NCBI GenBank assembly: GCA_017541085.1
Contig: JAFXZU010000023.1
Location: forward strand, 17,030-81,029
Direction of reading: 5' to 3'
DNA from: Prevotella sp.
GTDB taxonomy: Bacteria; Bacteroidota; Bacteroidia; Bacteroidales; Bacteroidaceae
DNA: 64,000 nt
Shown here: positions 18,572-28,390 of the stretch, piece after piece
Position numbering within the stretch: position 1 is the stretch's first letter
Layout of the letters: each line of letters begins with the position of its first letter
The notes under the pieces: generated by a model
Told to the model about the DNA's origin: nothing
The model's input: the letters and a program-made list of their open reading frames with translations, nothing else
The model's database searches: none
Translations under genes and position numbers: made by a program

Positions 18572-19363
18572 ATGGCAGACATACTTGAACAGATAGTAGC
18601 GCACAAGCGCATGGAACTTGAGGAGTTTAAGCAACGCAAGTCTTACTCCCAGATAGAGAAAGAGGTAATGCCCCTGCTTGACACTCCATGCCCGTCTATG
18701 CGCAAGGTTCTGACAGAGAGCAGCAACGGGATAATAGCTGAGTTTAAGCGTAAGTCTCCGTCAAAAGGATGGATAAAGGAGGACGGCAAGGCCGACATCA
18801 TACCACTGTCATATCAGGAGAACGGTGCGGCAGCACTGTCTATACTTACAGACGAGTATTTCTTCGGTGGGTGTGATGAGTTCATCATGAAGGCAAGACA
18901 GTCTGGTGTTACCATACCTATATTATATAAGAACTTCGTGATAGACGAGTATCAGTTGCTGCAAGCCCGTCTGTGCGGAGCAAGTGCAGCACTGCTGATA
19001 GCCGCCTGCATGACAAAGGAGCGTTGCAAGTCGCTCATTGGCATGGCACATGACCTCGGACTGGAGGTGTTGCTTGAGATGCACAGCGAACCAGAGTTGG
19101 AGTATGCCGAACTGGGTAACGATATGTGTGGCATCAACAACCGTAACCTCGGCACCTTCGTCACTGACGTAAAGAACAGTTTCCGACTGGCAGAGCAGCT
19201 GCCACAGGATGCCTGCAAGGTAAGCGAAAGCGGCATAGGCAATCCGCAGACCATCAACGAACTGCGACAGGCAGGCTTCCGTGGCTTCCTCATCGGTGAG
19301 AGTTTCATGAAGACGGAGAACCCAGGCGAGGCGCTGAGGCAATTCATAATGCCCCACCCCTAA
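18572..19363 (+). CDS. trpC: Indole-3-glycerol phosphate synthase
   Basis: IIAEFKRKSPSKG, SILTD, GINNRNL, SESGI, FLIGESFM motifs. Confidence 0.97.
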   Translation: MADILEQIVAHKRMELEEFKQRKSYSQIEKEVMPLLDTPCPSMRKVLTESSNGIIAEFKRKSPSKGWIKEDGKADIIPLSYQENGAAALSILTDEYFFGGCDEFIMKARQSGVTIPILYKNFVIDEYQLLQARLCGASAALLIAACMTKERCKSLIGMAHDLGLEVLLEMHSEPELEYAELGNDMCGINNRNLGTFVTDVKNSFRLAEQLPQDACKVSESGIGNPQTINELRQAGFRGFLIGESFMKTENPGEALRQFIMPHP

Positions 19364-19500
19364 CCCTCCCGAGGGAGTGGAACAGTTAGGGAAGCACCTT
19401 CTGATTATATCCCACGAACATAACAACAGACATAACTACATACAAACACTGCCCCATATATCTTCCCTCCCCACGGGGAGGGACTAAGGGAGGGGGGGGT
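19352..19500. repeat. GC-rich REP-like element, copy 1
   Basis: CCCCACCCCTAACCCTCCCGAGGGAG ... CCCTCCCCACGGGGAGGGACTAAGGGAGGGGGGGGT; contains the trpC stop codon. Confidence 0.85.
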
Positions 19501-19513
19501 AGAATTTTGAATT

Positions 19514-20200
19514 ATGAATTATGAATTAATCAAGGTTTGCGGCATGCGCGAGCCGGAGAACATACAACAGGTGACGGAACTCGGCATTGACTTGATGGGC
19601 TTCATATTCTGGCCTAAGAGTCCACGTTACGTTAAGAGTGTAACGGTAAAGGCCGGCATAGTGCCTAACCTGCCAAACAGCAAGGTGACGAGGAATGCCA
19701 AGAAGGTAAAGCGTGTGGGGGTGTTTGTTGACGAGGTGCCACAGACTGTTATCACACATGCATACAACTACCGGTTGGACTATATACAGTTACACGGCAA
19801 TGAGTCTCCTATATATATAGAGAACCTGAAGCGCACGCTGATTCCCGACATTCTGCCCGATGTCAAGATTATAAAGGCACTGAGCATAAGGGAGGCTGAC
19901 GACGTAAAACGATGGCGTGAGTATGAGAATGTGGCAGACCTGCTACTGTTTGACACAAAATGCAAATGCGTGGGGGGCAGCGGCGAACAGTTTGACTGGT
20001 CTGTACTCGATAAATACGATGGCAACATTCCCTTCCTGCTCTCAGGCGGCATAGGTCCTGAGGATGTCGACAGACTGAAGCAATTCAATCATCCTATGTG
20101 CATAGGCATAGACCTAAACTCAAGGTTTGAGGATGAGCCGGGAGTAAAGAATGTGGAGAAGCTGAAGAGATTTATTGAATGCATAATTCATAATTCATAA
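19514..20200 (+). CDS. trpF: Phosphoribosylanthranilate isomerase
   Basis: IKVCGM, GFIF..SPRYV, QLHGNE, GGSGEQFDW, LSGGIGP, DLNSRFE motifs. Confidence 0.96.
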   Translation: MNYELIKVCGMREPENIQQVTELGIDLMGFIFWPKSPRYVKSVTVKAGIVPNLPNSKVTRNAKKVKRVGVFVDEVPQTVITHAYNYRLDYIQLHGNESPIYIENLKRTLIPDILPDVKIIKALSIREADDVKRWREYENVADLLLFDTKCKCVGGSGEQFDWSVLDKYDGNIPFLLSGGIGPEDVDRLKQFNHPMCIGIDLNSRFEDEPGVKNVEKLKRFIECIIHNS

Positions 20201-20250
20201 TGCATAATGCATAATTCAAAATTAATAATTAATAATGAAATAATTCATCG

Positions 20251-20320
20251 CTCACAACTCACAACTCATAACTCATAACTCATAACTCATAACTCACAAC
20301 TCATAACTCATAACTCATAA
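20251..20320 (+). repeat. Heptamer tandem repeat (CTCAYAA)x10
   Basis: Ten consecutive CTCACAA/CTCATAA units directly upstream of trpA. Confidence 0.95.
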
Positions 20321-20334
20321 CTTACGAAAGTACA

Positions 20335-21111
20335 ATGAACAAGATAAACAAACTATTTACAGATAACAAGGACAGAAAACTTCTGTCACTATACTTTTGC
20401 GCAGGCAGCGCCAAACTGGATAACACAGGCGAGGTTATCAAGACATTAGAGAGACGTGGTATCGACATGATAGAGGTGGGTGTACCATTCTCTGACCCTA
20501 TGGCTGACGGCCCTGTGATACAGGAGGCGGCAACAAAGGCACTGAAGAACGGCATGACATTAAGGCTGCTCTTCTCACAACTGAAAGCCATTAAGGATGA
20601 GGTAAACATACCTCTCATACTGATGGGTTATCTCAACGTGTTCATGCAATATGGTTTCGAGGAATTCTTCAAGATGTGCGTGGAATGCGGCGTAAGCGGT
20701 GCCATAATACCAGACTTGCCTTTCGCTGACTATCAGGAGCTGAAACCTTTGGCAGACAAGTATGACATACGTATCATCATGCTCATAACACCTGAGACGA
20801 GCGACGAGCGCATACGCTTCATCGACGATAACACTGACGGCTTTATATATATGGTGTCATCAGCCTCAACAACAGGTGCGCAGAAGTCTTTCGACGAGCA
20901 GAAGCAGGAATACTTCCAACGCATCAACAGCATGAACCTGCGCAATCCTCGCATGATTGGTTTCGGCATAAGCAACAAGCAAACACTGGAGACCTCACAG
21001 CAGAATGCCGCCGGTGCCATCATAGGCTCAAAGTTCGTGCAACTGCTTGAAGAGGCTGGTGGCGATGCAGACAAAGCGATAGACAAACTGTATGAGGCTT
21101 TGGAGAAATAA
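20335..21111 (+). CDS. trpA: Tryptophan synthase alpha chain
   Basis: [39 protein letters not shown] motifs. Confidence 0.97.
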   Translation: MNKINKLFTDNKDRKLLSLYFCAGSAKLDNTGEVIKTLERRGIDMIEVGVPFSDPMADGPVIQEAATKALKNGMTLRLLFSQLKAIKDEVNIPLILMGYLNVFMQYGFEEFFKMCVECGVSGAIIPDLPFADYQELKPLADKYDIRIIMLITPETSDERIRFIDDNTDGFIYMVSSASTTGAQKSFDEQKQEYFQRINSMNLRNPRMIGFGISNKQTLETSQQNAAGAIIGSKFVQLLEEAGGDADKAIDKLYEALEK

Positions 21112-21139
21112 AAAAGAATATGATGTGTTAAGACAACTG

Positions 21140-21248
21140 TAGTTAAGTAGTTATGTAGATAAGTAGTTAAGACATTACTATTTGCATGTTTGATAGTCTT
21201 ACACATATGTCTTAACTCCTTAACTTCTAAACTCCCTAACTTCTAAAT
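21140..21248. repeat. Inverted pair of degenerate octamer arrays
   Basis: TAGTTAAG-like x4 (21140-21171) facing the complementary CTTAACT(C/T)-like x5 (21209-21248). Confidence 0.7.
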
Positions 21249-21264
21249 CACAAAACTAAATAAT

Positions 21265-22446
21265 ATGAAATATTCAGCAAACGAACAGGGATTCTACGGC
21301 AACTATGGCGGTGCCTATATCCCAGAGATATTATACAAGACAGTGGAAGACCTGAAGAAGGCTTACCTGCCAATCATTGAGAGCGAGGAATTCAAGAAGG
21401 AGTATCACGCACTGCTGCGCGACTATGTAGGACGCCCTTCTCCTCTGTACCTTGCCAAACGTATGAGTGAGAAGTATGGCTGTCAGCTGTACCTCAAGCG
21501 TGAGGACCTTAACCATACCGGCGCTCACAAGATAAACAATGCCTTGGGACAGATTCTCATAGCAAAGAAGATGGGCAAGACACGCATCATAGCCGAGACG
21601 GGCGCCGGACAGCATGGAGTGGCTACAGCAACGGCATGTGCACTGATGAATATGCCTTGCACTGTGTATATGGGTGCACTCGACGTACAGCGTCAGCACG
21701 TCAACGTGGAGCGCATGAAGATGCTCGGTGCTACGGTTCATCCTGTGGAGAGTGGCAACAAGACTCTGAAAGACGGTACCAACGAGGCTATACGCGACTG
21801 GTGCTGCCATCCTGCCGACACATTCTATATCATAGGTTCTACGGTGGGTCCACACCCTTACCCTGACATGGTGGCAAGACTGCAGAGCGTGATATCTGAG
21901 GAGATAAAATGGCAGTTACAGGAGAAGATAGGTCGTGATTATCCAGACTATCTCATGGCATGCGTAGGAGGTGGTTCTAATGCCGCCGGCACTATATACC
22001 ATTACCTTGATGACGAGCGCGTGAAGATAATACTCGGTGAGGCTGGCGGTCTTGGTGTTGACACTGACAAAACCGCAGCATCAATGCAGGTGGGCACCAC
22101 CGGCATACTGCATGGCTCCAAGATAAAGCTGATGCAGACAGAGGACGGACAGATAATCGAGCCTTACTCTATATCTGCCGGACTTGACTACCCCGGCACC
22201 GGTCCTATGCACTGCAACCTCTATGAGACTGGTCGTGCACAGGTTCTACCGGCAAACGATGACGAAGCGCTGAAAGCCGCCTTCGAACTGACACGCATGG
22301 AGGGTATCATCCCAGCTTTGGAGTCTGCCCACGCACTGGCTCTGCTGCCTAAGGTGGCTCCACAGTTCAAGAAGGACGATGTAGTGGTGCTTACCGTATC
22401 AGGTCGCGGCGACAAGGACCTTGACACGTATCTGGCAAATGTATAA
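21265..22446 (+). CDS. trpB: Tryptophan synthase beta chain
   Basis: [42 protein letters not shown] motifs. Confidence 0.98.
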   Translation: MKYSANEQGFYGNYGGAYIPEILYKTVEDLKKAYLPIIESEEFKKEYHALLRDYVGRPSPLYLAKRMSEKYGCQLYLKREDLNHTGAHKINNALGQILIAKKMGKTRIIAETGAGQHGVATATACALMNMPCTVYMGALDVQRQHVNVERMKMLGATVHPVESGNKTLKDGTNEAIRDWCCHPADTFYIIGSTVGPHPYPDMVARLQSVISEEIKWQLQEKIGRDYPDYLMACVGGGSNAAGTIYHYLDDERVKIILGEAGGLGVDTDKTAASMQVGTTGILHGSKIKLMQTEDGQIIEPYSISAGLDYPGTGPMHCNLYETGRAQVLPANDDEALKAAFELTRMEGIIPALESAHALALLPKVAPQFKKDDVVVLTVSGRGDKDLDTYLANV

Positions 22447-22473
22447 AAAACAAAACAAACACAAAATACAATT

Positions 22474-23883
22474 ATGAATTACAGATATCATACCGCAAGC
22501 AAAAAGATTCTGGGAGACCTCAATACACCAGTGTCAACATATATGAAACTACGTGACGACTACCCTATGTCGGCACTCATGGAATGTTCTGACTATCACG
22601 GCGGAGAAAACTCTAAGTCGTTCATTGGCGTGCACCCCATTGCCAGCGTCTCTATTGAGCACGGCAAGGGTATATGCAAGTTCCCTGACGGTACCCAGAC
22701 TGAACACGAGATAACAAAAGAATACGGTTCTGCGCAACTTATCAACGACTTCCTGTCTGTCTTTGAGGTAAGCGGCGACAATGCTGCATACTGCGGACTC
22801 TTCGGCTATACATCTTTCAATGCTGTACGCTATTTTGAGAACATCAACGTGAAAGATGAAACTCAGGAGAAGAATGACGCTCCCGACCTGCTATACATAT
22901 TATATAAGGACGTAGTGGTATTTGACCACTTCTGCAACGAGATGGTTCTCATCGAACTGCTTGCTGACGGAGAGCAGGACGACCTTGACGTACTGGAGCG
23001 CGACATCAACAACCGCAAGATTCGTACATACGATTTCCATCCCGTTGGCGATTACACTTCTACGCTTACCGATGAGGAGCACAAAGCAAACATTCGCCGT
23101 GGTATCCAGCACTGCCTCAGGGGCGATGTATTCCAGATTGTACTCTCACGTCGCTTCAAACAGGAGTATGAGGGTGATGACTTCAAGCTCTACCGTGCAC
23201 TGCGCAGCATTAATCCTTCACCATATCTGTTCTACTTCGACTTCGGCGGCTTCCGCATCTTCGGTTCAAGTCCTGAGACTCACTGCCGCATAGAGAAGAA
23301 AGGTGACCGCTACACTGCCTACATAGACCCTATCGCCGGCACCACAAAACGTACAGGCGACACCGAGCAGGACAAGAAGAACGCTGAATACCTGCAGAAC
23401 GACCCTAAGGAGAATGCTGAACACGTGATGCTCGTTGACCTTGCACGTAACGACCTCTCACGCAACTGCCACAACGTACACGTGGATTTCTACAAGGATA
23501 TGCAGTTCTACTCTCATGTCATACACCTCGTAAGTCGTGTGAGCGGTGAACTCAACGAAGGTGCTGACCCTATAAAGGCGTTCATCGACACCTTCCCTGC
23601 CGGCACACTCAGCGGTGCACCCAAGGTGCGTGCCATGCAGCTTATCTCAGAGTATGAGCCACATAACCGCGGTGCATACGGTGGTTGCATAGGTTTTATA
23701 GGCTTTGACCGCAGCCTTAACCAAGCCATAACCATACGCACATTCGTTAGCCGTAACAACGAACTGTGGTTTCAGGCCGGCGGCGGCATCGTGGCTAAGA
23801 GCAACGAAGACTATGAGTTGCAGGAAGTAAACAACAAACTCGGTGCTCTCAGAAAGGCAATACTGATGGCAGAGGGGATGTAA
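22474..23883 (+). CDS. trpE: Anthranilate synthase component I
   Basis: GDVFQIVLSRR, NPSPY, GSSPE, AEHVMLVDLARND, FPAGTLSGAPK motifs. Confidence 0.97.
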   Translation: MNYRYHTASKKILGDLNTPVSTYMKLRDDYPMSALMECSDYHGGENSKSFIGVHPIASVSIEHGKGICKFPDGTQTEHEITKEYGSAQLINDFLSVFEVSGDNAAYCGLFGYTSFNAVRYFENINVKDETQEKNDAPDLLYILYKDVVVFDHFCNEMVLIELLADGEQDDLDVLERDINNRKIRTYDFHPVGDYTSTLTDEEHKANIRRGIQHCLRGDVFQIVLSRRFKQEYEGDDFKLYRALRSINPSPYLFYFDFGGFRIFGSSPETHCRIEKKGDRYTAYIDPIAGTTKRTGDTEQDKKNAEYLQNDPKENAEHVMLVDLARNDLSRNCHNVHVDFYKDMQFYSHVIHLVSRVSGELNEGADPIKAFIDTFPAGTLSGAPKVRAMQLISEYEPHNRGAYGGCIGFIGFDRSLNQAITIRTFVSRNNELWFQAGGGIVAKSNEDYELQEVNNKLGALRKAILMAEGM

Positions 23884-24014
23884 CCCCCTCCCCTAACCCC
23901 TCCCCGAGGGGAGGGGATAAATACGGAACTGCTGTATATAACAAAAATACAAATATAATATTAACAAAACCATATATCCCCCCTCCCCTCGGGGAGGGAC
24001 AAAGGGAGGGGGTT
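23882..24014. repeat. GC-rich REP-like element, copy 2
   Basis: AACCCCCTCCCCTAACCCCTCCCCGAGGGGAGGGG ... CCCTCCCCTCGGGGAGGGACAAAGGGAGGGGGTT; overlaps the trpE stop. Confidence 0.88.
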
Positions 24015-24025
24015 GTTTTACAATC

Positions 24026-24589
24026 ATGAAAATCGTTATTATTGATAACTACGACTCATTTACTTATAACTTGAGTCACCTTATAAAGGAACTCGGTGCC
24101 GACGTCACCGTTTACCGCAATGATCAGTTTGAGCTTCCTATGCTTGAGAAGTTTGACAAGATTGTGCTGTCACCAGGACCAGGCATACCAAGCGAAGCCG
24201 GACTGCTTCTTGACGTAATAAAGACATACGCCGGCAAGAAGCCTATCCTCGGCGTATGCCTCGGACACCAGGCTATAGGCGAAGCGTTTGGCGCAAAGCT
24301 TGAGAACCTATCCGACGTATTCCATGGCGTCGCTACCGAAGGTACACAATTTGGCACCGACCCTATCTTCGCCACACTGCCGCAGCGCATCATCATGGGA
24401 CGCTACCACTCATGGGTAGTGAGCAAAGACGACCTCCCTGCTTGCCTTGAGGTTACCGCCGAGAGCGACGAAGGCCAGATAATGGCAATGCGTCACCGTG
24501 ACTATGACATACACGGCATACAGTTCCATCCTGAGAGTGTGCTAACAACCGAAGGCAGAACCATGTTAAAGAACTGGCTGGAACTATAA
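24026..24589 (+). CDS. trpG: Anthranilate synthase component II (glutamine amidotransferase)
   Basis: IDNYDSFTYN, SPGPG, GVCLGHQ, RYHS, QFHPES motifs. Confidence 0.97.
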   Translation: MKIVIIDNYDSFTYNLSHLIKELGADVTVYRNDQFELPMLEKFDKIVLSPGPGIPSEAGLLLDVIKTYAGKKPILGVCLGHQAIGEAFGAKLENLSDVFHGVATEGTQFGTDPIFATLPQRIIMGRYHSWVVSKDDLPACLEVTAESDEGQIMAMRHRDYDIHGIQFHPESVLTTEGRTMLKNWLEL

Positions 24590-24609
24590 TACTATATGCC
24601 ATTATCTAT

Positions 24610-25323
24610 ATGACAGCAAAGGACATCATAATATATATACCTCTGTCAGCAGCGCAACAACTTAAGGACTTTGCCTTATACTGGGATGAGAGGCGCAGTA
24701 TAGACGACAACTATACTCACGGTAATACCGACAAACCCTATGCGACTTCTTATCTGGGATTAGTGCAATCATTCCTCAAGAAAAGCCGTGATAACGGCAC
24801 GCCTTACATAAAGACTCGTGCGTATGGAGACATATCGCTACTCACTTCCCCCAGCCATATAGAGAATGTAAGGATGTCAAGAAGCATCACAAAGGATATG
24901 TTCTTTAATGAGCATGAACGCTTGATGTCTGAATGCAAGAATGAAAAGACCACAATAATATCTCCTTTCCGCTCTTGGAGCGAAAAGGAGATATTAAAAG
25001 CATGTAGATTAAACGAATTACCACATATTATAATCTACGGCGGTGCCATGCAACAATTGTGGCATCCATCAAATGAAGACTATGCTACACACCACCAAAT
25101 GATGCCCGATTGGTATATGGCATCTGAATTATATAACCAACTTCATTCCGTGGATTTTCACGACAAGGAGCAATGCGACAAAGGCCAAACATTATTCCTT
25201 GCCCTATGGCCCGACAAACCTGACACAATGCCAGTAGGAAAAGCGGAATGTGAGATAATGAATGAAGTAAGCAAACACATCTCACAGTCTATCAATGCTT
25301 CACTCGCTTACCGCAAGCCGTAA
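24610..25323 (+). CDS. Hypothetical protein, DprA/SLOG-like Rossmann fragment
   Basis: YGDISLL...SRS...ISPFRSWSEKEI...LFLALW...ECEIMNE pattern recalls the C-terminal domain of Prevotella IS200-like transposase fusions (from memory). Confidence 0.5.
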   Translation: MTAKDIIIYIPLSAAQQLKDFALYWDERRSIDDNYTHGNTDKPYATSYLGLVQSFLKKSRDNGTPYIKTRAYGDISLLTSPSHIENVRMSRSITKDMFFNEHERLMSECKNEKTTIISPFRSWSEKEILKACRLNELPHIIIYGGAMQQLWHPSNEDYATHHQMMPDWYMASELYNQLHSVDFHDKEQCDKGQTLFLALWPDKPDTMPVGKAECEIMNEVSKHISQSINASLAYRKP

Positions 25324-26592
25324 CTACTTATAACGTTCTCCCCACAGTTTGAGCATCTGCTGATATTGTTTCTCCTCCATAGGCGTATGCTGAGCATGCC
25401 ACAGTCTGTTATCAGTTAATGCATCTGGCATATACTGCTGCGTTGCGAAGTTTCCCGGATAGTCATGCGGATATTTATAGCCATCACTATACCCCAATTC
25501 TTTCATTAAAGAAGTAGGTGCATTACGCAGATGCAACGGCACCGGCAGATTGCCTGTCTGTTTTACCAACTGCAACGCACTATTAATTCCATTATATGCA
25601 GAATTGCTTTTAGGCGAAGTGGCGAGATACACACAAGCCTCAGCAAGGGCAATGCGAGCCTCCGGCCATCCTATCTTCATCACTGTATCAAAAGCAGCAT
25701 TGGCAAGCAACAGAGCATTAGGATTGGCAAGTCCTATATCCTCAGACGCACTGATAACCAATCTGCGCGCGATGAACTGCGGATCTTCCCCTCCCTCTAT
25801 CATACGTGCCATCCAATAGAGTGCCGCATCAGGATCACTACCACGTATACTCTTTATGAATGCCGATATAATATCATAGTGCATCTCTCCCTGCTTATCA
25901 TACGCCAAAGGATTCTGTTGCAGTCTTCTCTCCACAAGAGCATCATTTATCACAATCGTCTTAGATGACTCAGCCTCAACCACCAATTGCAGTATATTAA
26001 GCAACTTGCGTGCGTCGCCACCACTGAAGCGCATCAAGGCGGCAGTCTCCTCCAACTTAATATCCAACTGTTTCAGTTCCACATCCGTAGTTACGGCACG
26101 CTGCAACAGTTTCTCCAAGTCCTTCTTCTCTAACGACTTCAGTATATAAAGCTGGCATCGTGACAGCAATGGTCTGATGACTTCAAACGAAGGATTCTCT
26201 GTAGTAGCGCCTATCAAGGTTACAATGCCCCGCTCCACCGCACCCAGCAGGGAGTCTTGCTGCGACTTTGAGAAGCGGTGTATCTCGTCAATAAACAAGA
26301 TGGGCGAAGCCGCTTGAAAGAAACGGTTGCCCTTGGCTTTCTCTATTACCTCACGCACCTCTTTCACTCCACTTGTCACAGCCGACAATGTATAGAAAGG
26401 AGTGTCCAGTTTATTGGCTATAATCTGCGCCAACGTTGTCTTTCCCACACCGGGAGGTCCCCACAGTATGAAAGAAGAGATATGCCCAGACTCAATCATG
26501 TTTCTCAGCACAGCCCCCTCACCCACGAGGTGTTCCTGACCTATGTATTCGTCAAGAGTCTTTGGACGCAGACGTTCCGCTAATGGTTCCAT
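25324..26592 (-). CDS. rarA: Replication-associated recombination protein A (MgsA/RarA)
   Basis: PLAERLRP, WGPPGVGKTT, DEIHRF, GATTENPSF, SAFIKSIRGSDPDA motifs. Confidence 0.97.
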   Translation of the reverse strand: MEPLAERLRPKTLDEYIGQEHLVGEGAVLRNMIESGHISSFILWGPPGVGKTTLAQIIANKLDTPFYTLSAVTSGVKEVREVIEKAKGNRFFQAASPILFIDEIHRFSKSQQDSLLGAVERGIVTLIGATTENPSFEVIRPLLSRCQLYILKSLEKKDLEKLLQRAVTTDVELKQLDIKLEETAALMRFSGGDARKLLNILQLVVEAESSKTIVINDALVERRLQQNPLAYDKQGEMHYDIISAFIKSIRGSDPDAALYWMARMIEGGEDPQFIARRLVISASEDIGLANPNALLLANAAFDTVMKIGWPEARIALAEACVYLATSPKSNSAYNGINSALQLVKQTGNLPVPLHLRNAPTSLMKELGYSDGYKYPHDYPGNFATQQYMPDALTDNRLWHAQHTPMEEKQYQQMLKLWGERYK

Positions 26593-26599
26593 TGTTATA

Positions 26600-28390
26600 T
26601 TATTCTAATTCTAATTTCAGAGTCTCCTTCATTACGGCAAACTCCTTGTTTGTCTCTACCAGTTTTTGCATAAACTCATAAGGTGTCAACCTACGTACCA
26701 CCTCACTCTGCTCTGCCAGTCTGAGCGTAATCGTCAGAGCACCATTATGCAGATATTTAGCCATAGTTACCTGCACACGCTGTAATATAACCGCCACGTC
26801 ATTATACAGCACTTTGTTTTCCACCACGGCCTCTACCTTCGGGAACTCCGTGATATGCAAATGCACATTCTGCATACGCATAGCCAAAGCGCAGAACCGC
26901 CTGTCAAGCTTCATGCGGTTACACATTGAGAGCCATTCACGCCTCAAATCATCATCGGTAAAGCTTTTTGACTCATTAGCAGCATCACCCAGGCTTGCCT
27001 CCACCTCCATTACCTTGTCCTTTTTCGGATCATGCATAATGTTTGAGAACGACACACCTATCCTGCTCAACTTCACACGCGGCTGTGGCGTCTGCGAAGA
27101 TTGTGATGTCTGCTTAACAGCCACAGCCTCCTGACTTGGCATCTGTTTCTTCTCTCCTTCCTCTTTCAAACTCAGTGAGACCTCACCAGTCTGAGCCACC
27201 TGCACTGCTACCTTTGACTGGGTCTGACGAATCAATTTCTTAAACAGGGATTTCAAACGCTTACAGGGGCCACGCCCCACTCCGGCCTCATCGCCATCAT
27301 CCTGCGTTATCTGCGCTACTTGTATAAGTGTCAACTCACACAACAGTCGCTTGTTACTTGACTGTCTATAGTTGATGTCACATTGATTGAGTATCTTCAA
27401 TGTACTATACAAGAACTTAGGCGTACACCTCTTTGCCTGCTCAGCATACTTCTGCCTCTGCTGCTCACTCGCCTCTATCAGTTGTGTGGTCTGCTCATCA
27501 ACAGCCATAAGCACATTACGCACATGCGCAGCCAGGCCTGTTATCATATGTCCGGCATCAAATCCCTTCGACAATATGTCATTCATCACCAGCATCACAT
27601 CGCTGACCTTATTCTCCAGCGACAAGTCTATAATGCGGAAATAGTTATCCGTATCAAGCACGTTAAGGTCCTCAAGCACCTTCTGATAAGTGATATTTCC
27701 CTGACAGAATGATGCCGCCTGGTCAAATATAGACAGAGCATCGCGCATACCTCCGTCTGCTTTCTCTGCTATCAGGTTAAGAGCCTCTTCCTCATACTTT
27801 ATACCTTCCTTCTCTGCTACGTTCTTCAGATGTCCTATGATGCTCTGCACTGTCATTCTCTCAAAGTCATATATCTGACAACGCGATATGATGGTAGGCA
27901 ATATCTTGTGTTTCTCTGTCGTAGCGAGAATGAATATCACATGTGCCGGCGGCTCCTCCAATGTCTTCAGGAAAGCATTAAACGCTGATGTAGACAGCAT
28001 GTGCACCTCATCAATGATAAACACTTTGTACTTTCCTGTCTGTGGCGGAATGCGTGTCTGCTCCATCAGTGCCTTGATATGCTCCACACCGTTGTTTGAG
28101 GCAGCATCAAGCTCAAAGATATTCAGTGAGCGTCCCTCGTTAAATGCCACGCAACTCTCACACTCTCCGCAAGCATCACCTGTAGCCGTAGGGTTTTGAC
28201 AATTTATCACCTTTGCGAATATGCGCGCGCAGGTGGTCTTGCCCACGCCACGCGGACCACAGAAGAGATAGGCATGAGCCAGTTTCGCTGATGACACAGC
28301 ATTCTTCAGCGTTGTGGTAAGCGCAGACTGTCCTACCACACTGTCGAATGTCATCGGCCTATACTTTCGTGCTGAAACTATATATTCCAT
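26600..28390 (-). CDS. dnaX: DNA polymerase III subunit gamma/tau
   Basis: ARKYRP, GPRGVGKTT, zinc CxxC module, DEVHML, LKTLEEPP, GGMRDALS motifs. Confidence 0.97.
   Translation of the reverse strand: MEYIVSARKYRPMTFDSVVGQSALTTTLKNAVSSAKLAHAYLFCGPRGVGKTTCARIFAKVINCQNPTATGDACGECESCVAFNEGRSLNIFELDAASNNGVEHIKALMEQTRIPPQTGKYKVFIIDEVHMLSTSAFNAFLKTLEEPPAHVIFILATTEKHKILPTIISRCQIYDFERMTVQSIIGHLKNVAEKEGIKYEEEALNLIAEKADGGMRDALSIFDQAASFCQGNITYQKVLEDLNVLDTDNYFRIIDLSLENKVSDVMLVMNDILSKGFDAGHMITGLAAHVRNVLMAVDEQTTQLIEASEQQRQKYAEQAKRCTPKFLYSTLKILNQCDINYRQSSNKRLLCELTLIQVAQITQDDGDEAGVGRGPCKRLKSLFKKLIRQTQSKVAVQVAQTGEVSLSLKEEGEKKQMPSQEAVAVKQTSQSSQTPQPRVKLSRIGVSFSNIMHDPKKDKVMEVEASLGDAANESKSFTDDDLRREWLSMCNRMKLDRRFCALAMRMQNVHLHITEFPKVEAVVENKVLYNDVAVILQRVQVTMAKYLHNGALTITLRLAEQSEVVRRLTPYEFMQKLVETNKEFAVMKETLKLELE

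Noticed and set aside
26600-28390. Programmed frameshift in dnaX (gamma/tau)
   Set aside because: By eye I found no A-AAA-AAG heptamer or long A run in the coding strand; the ORF is continuous.
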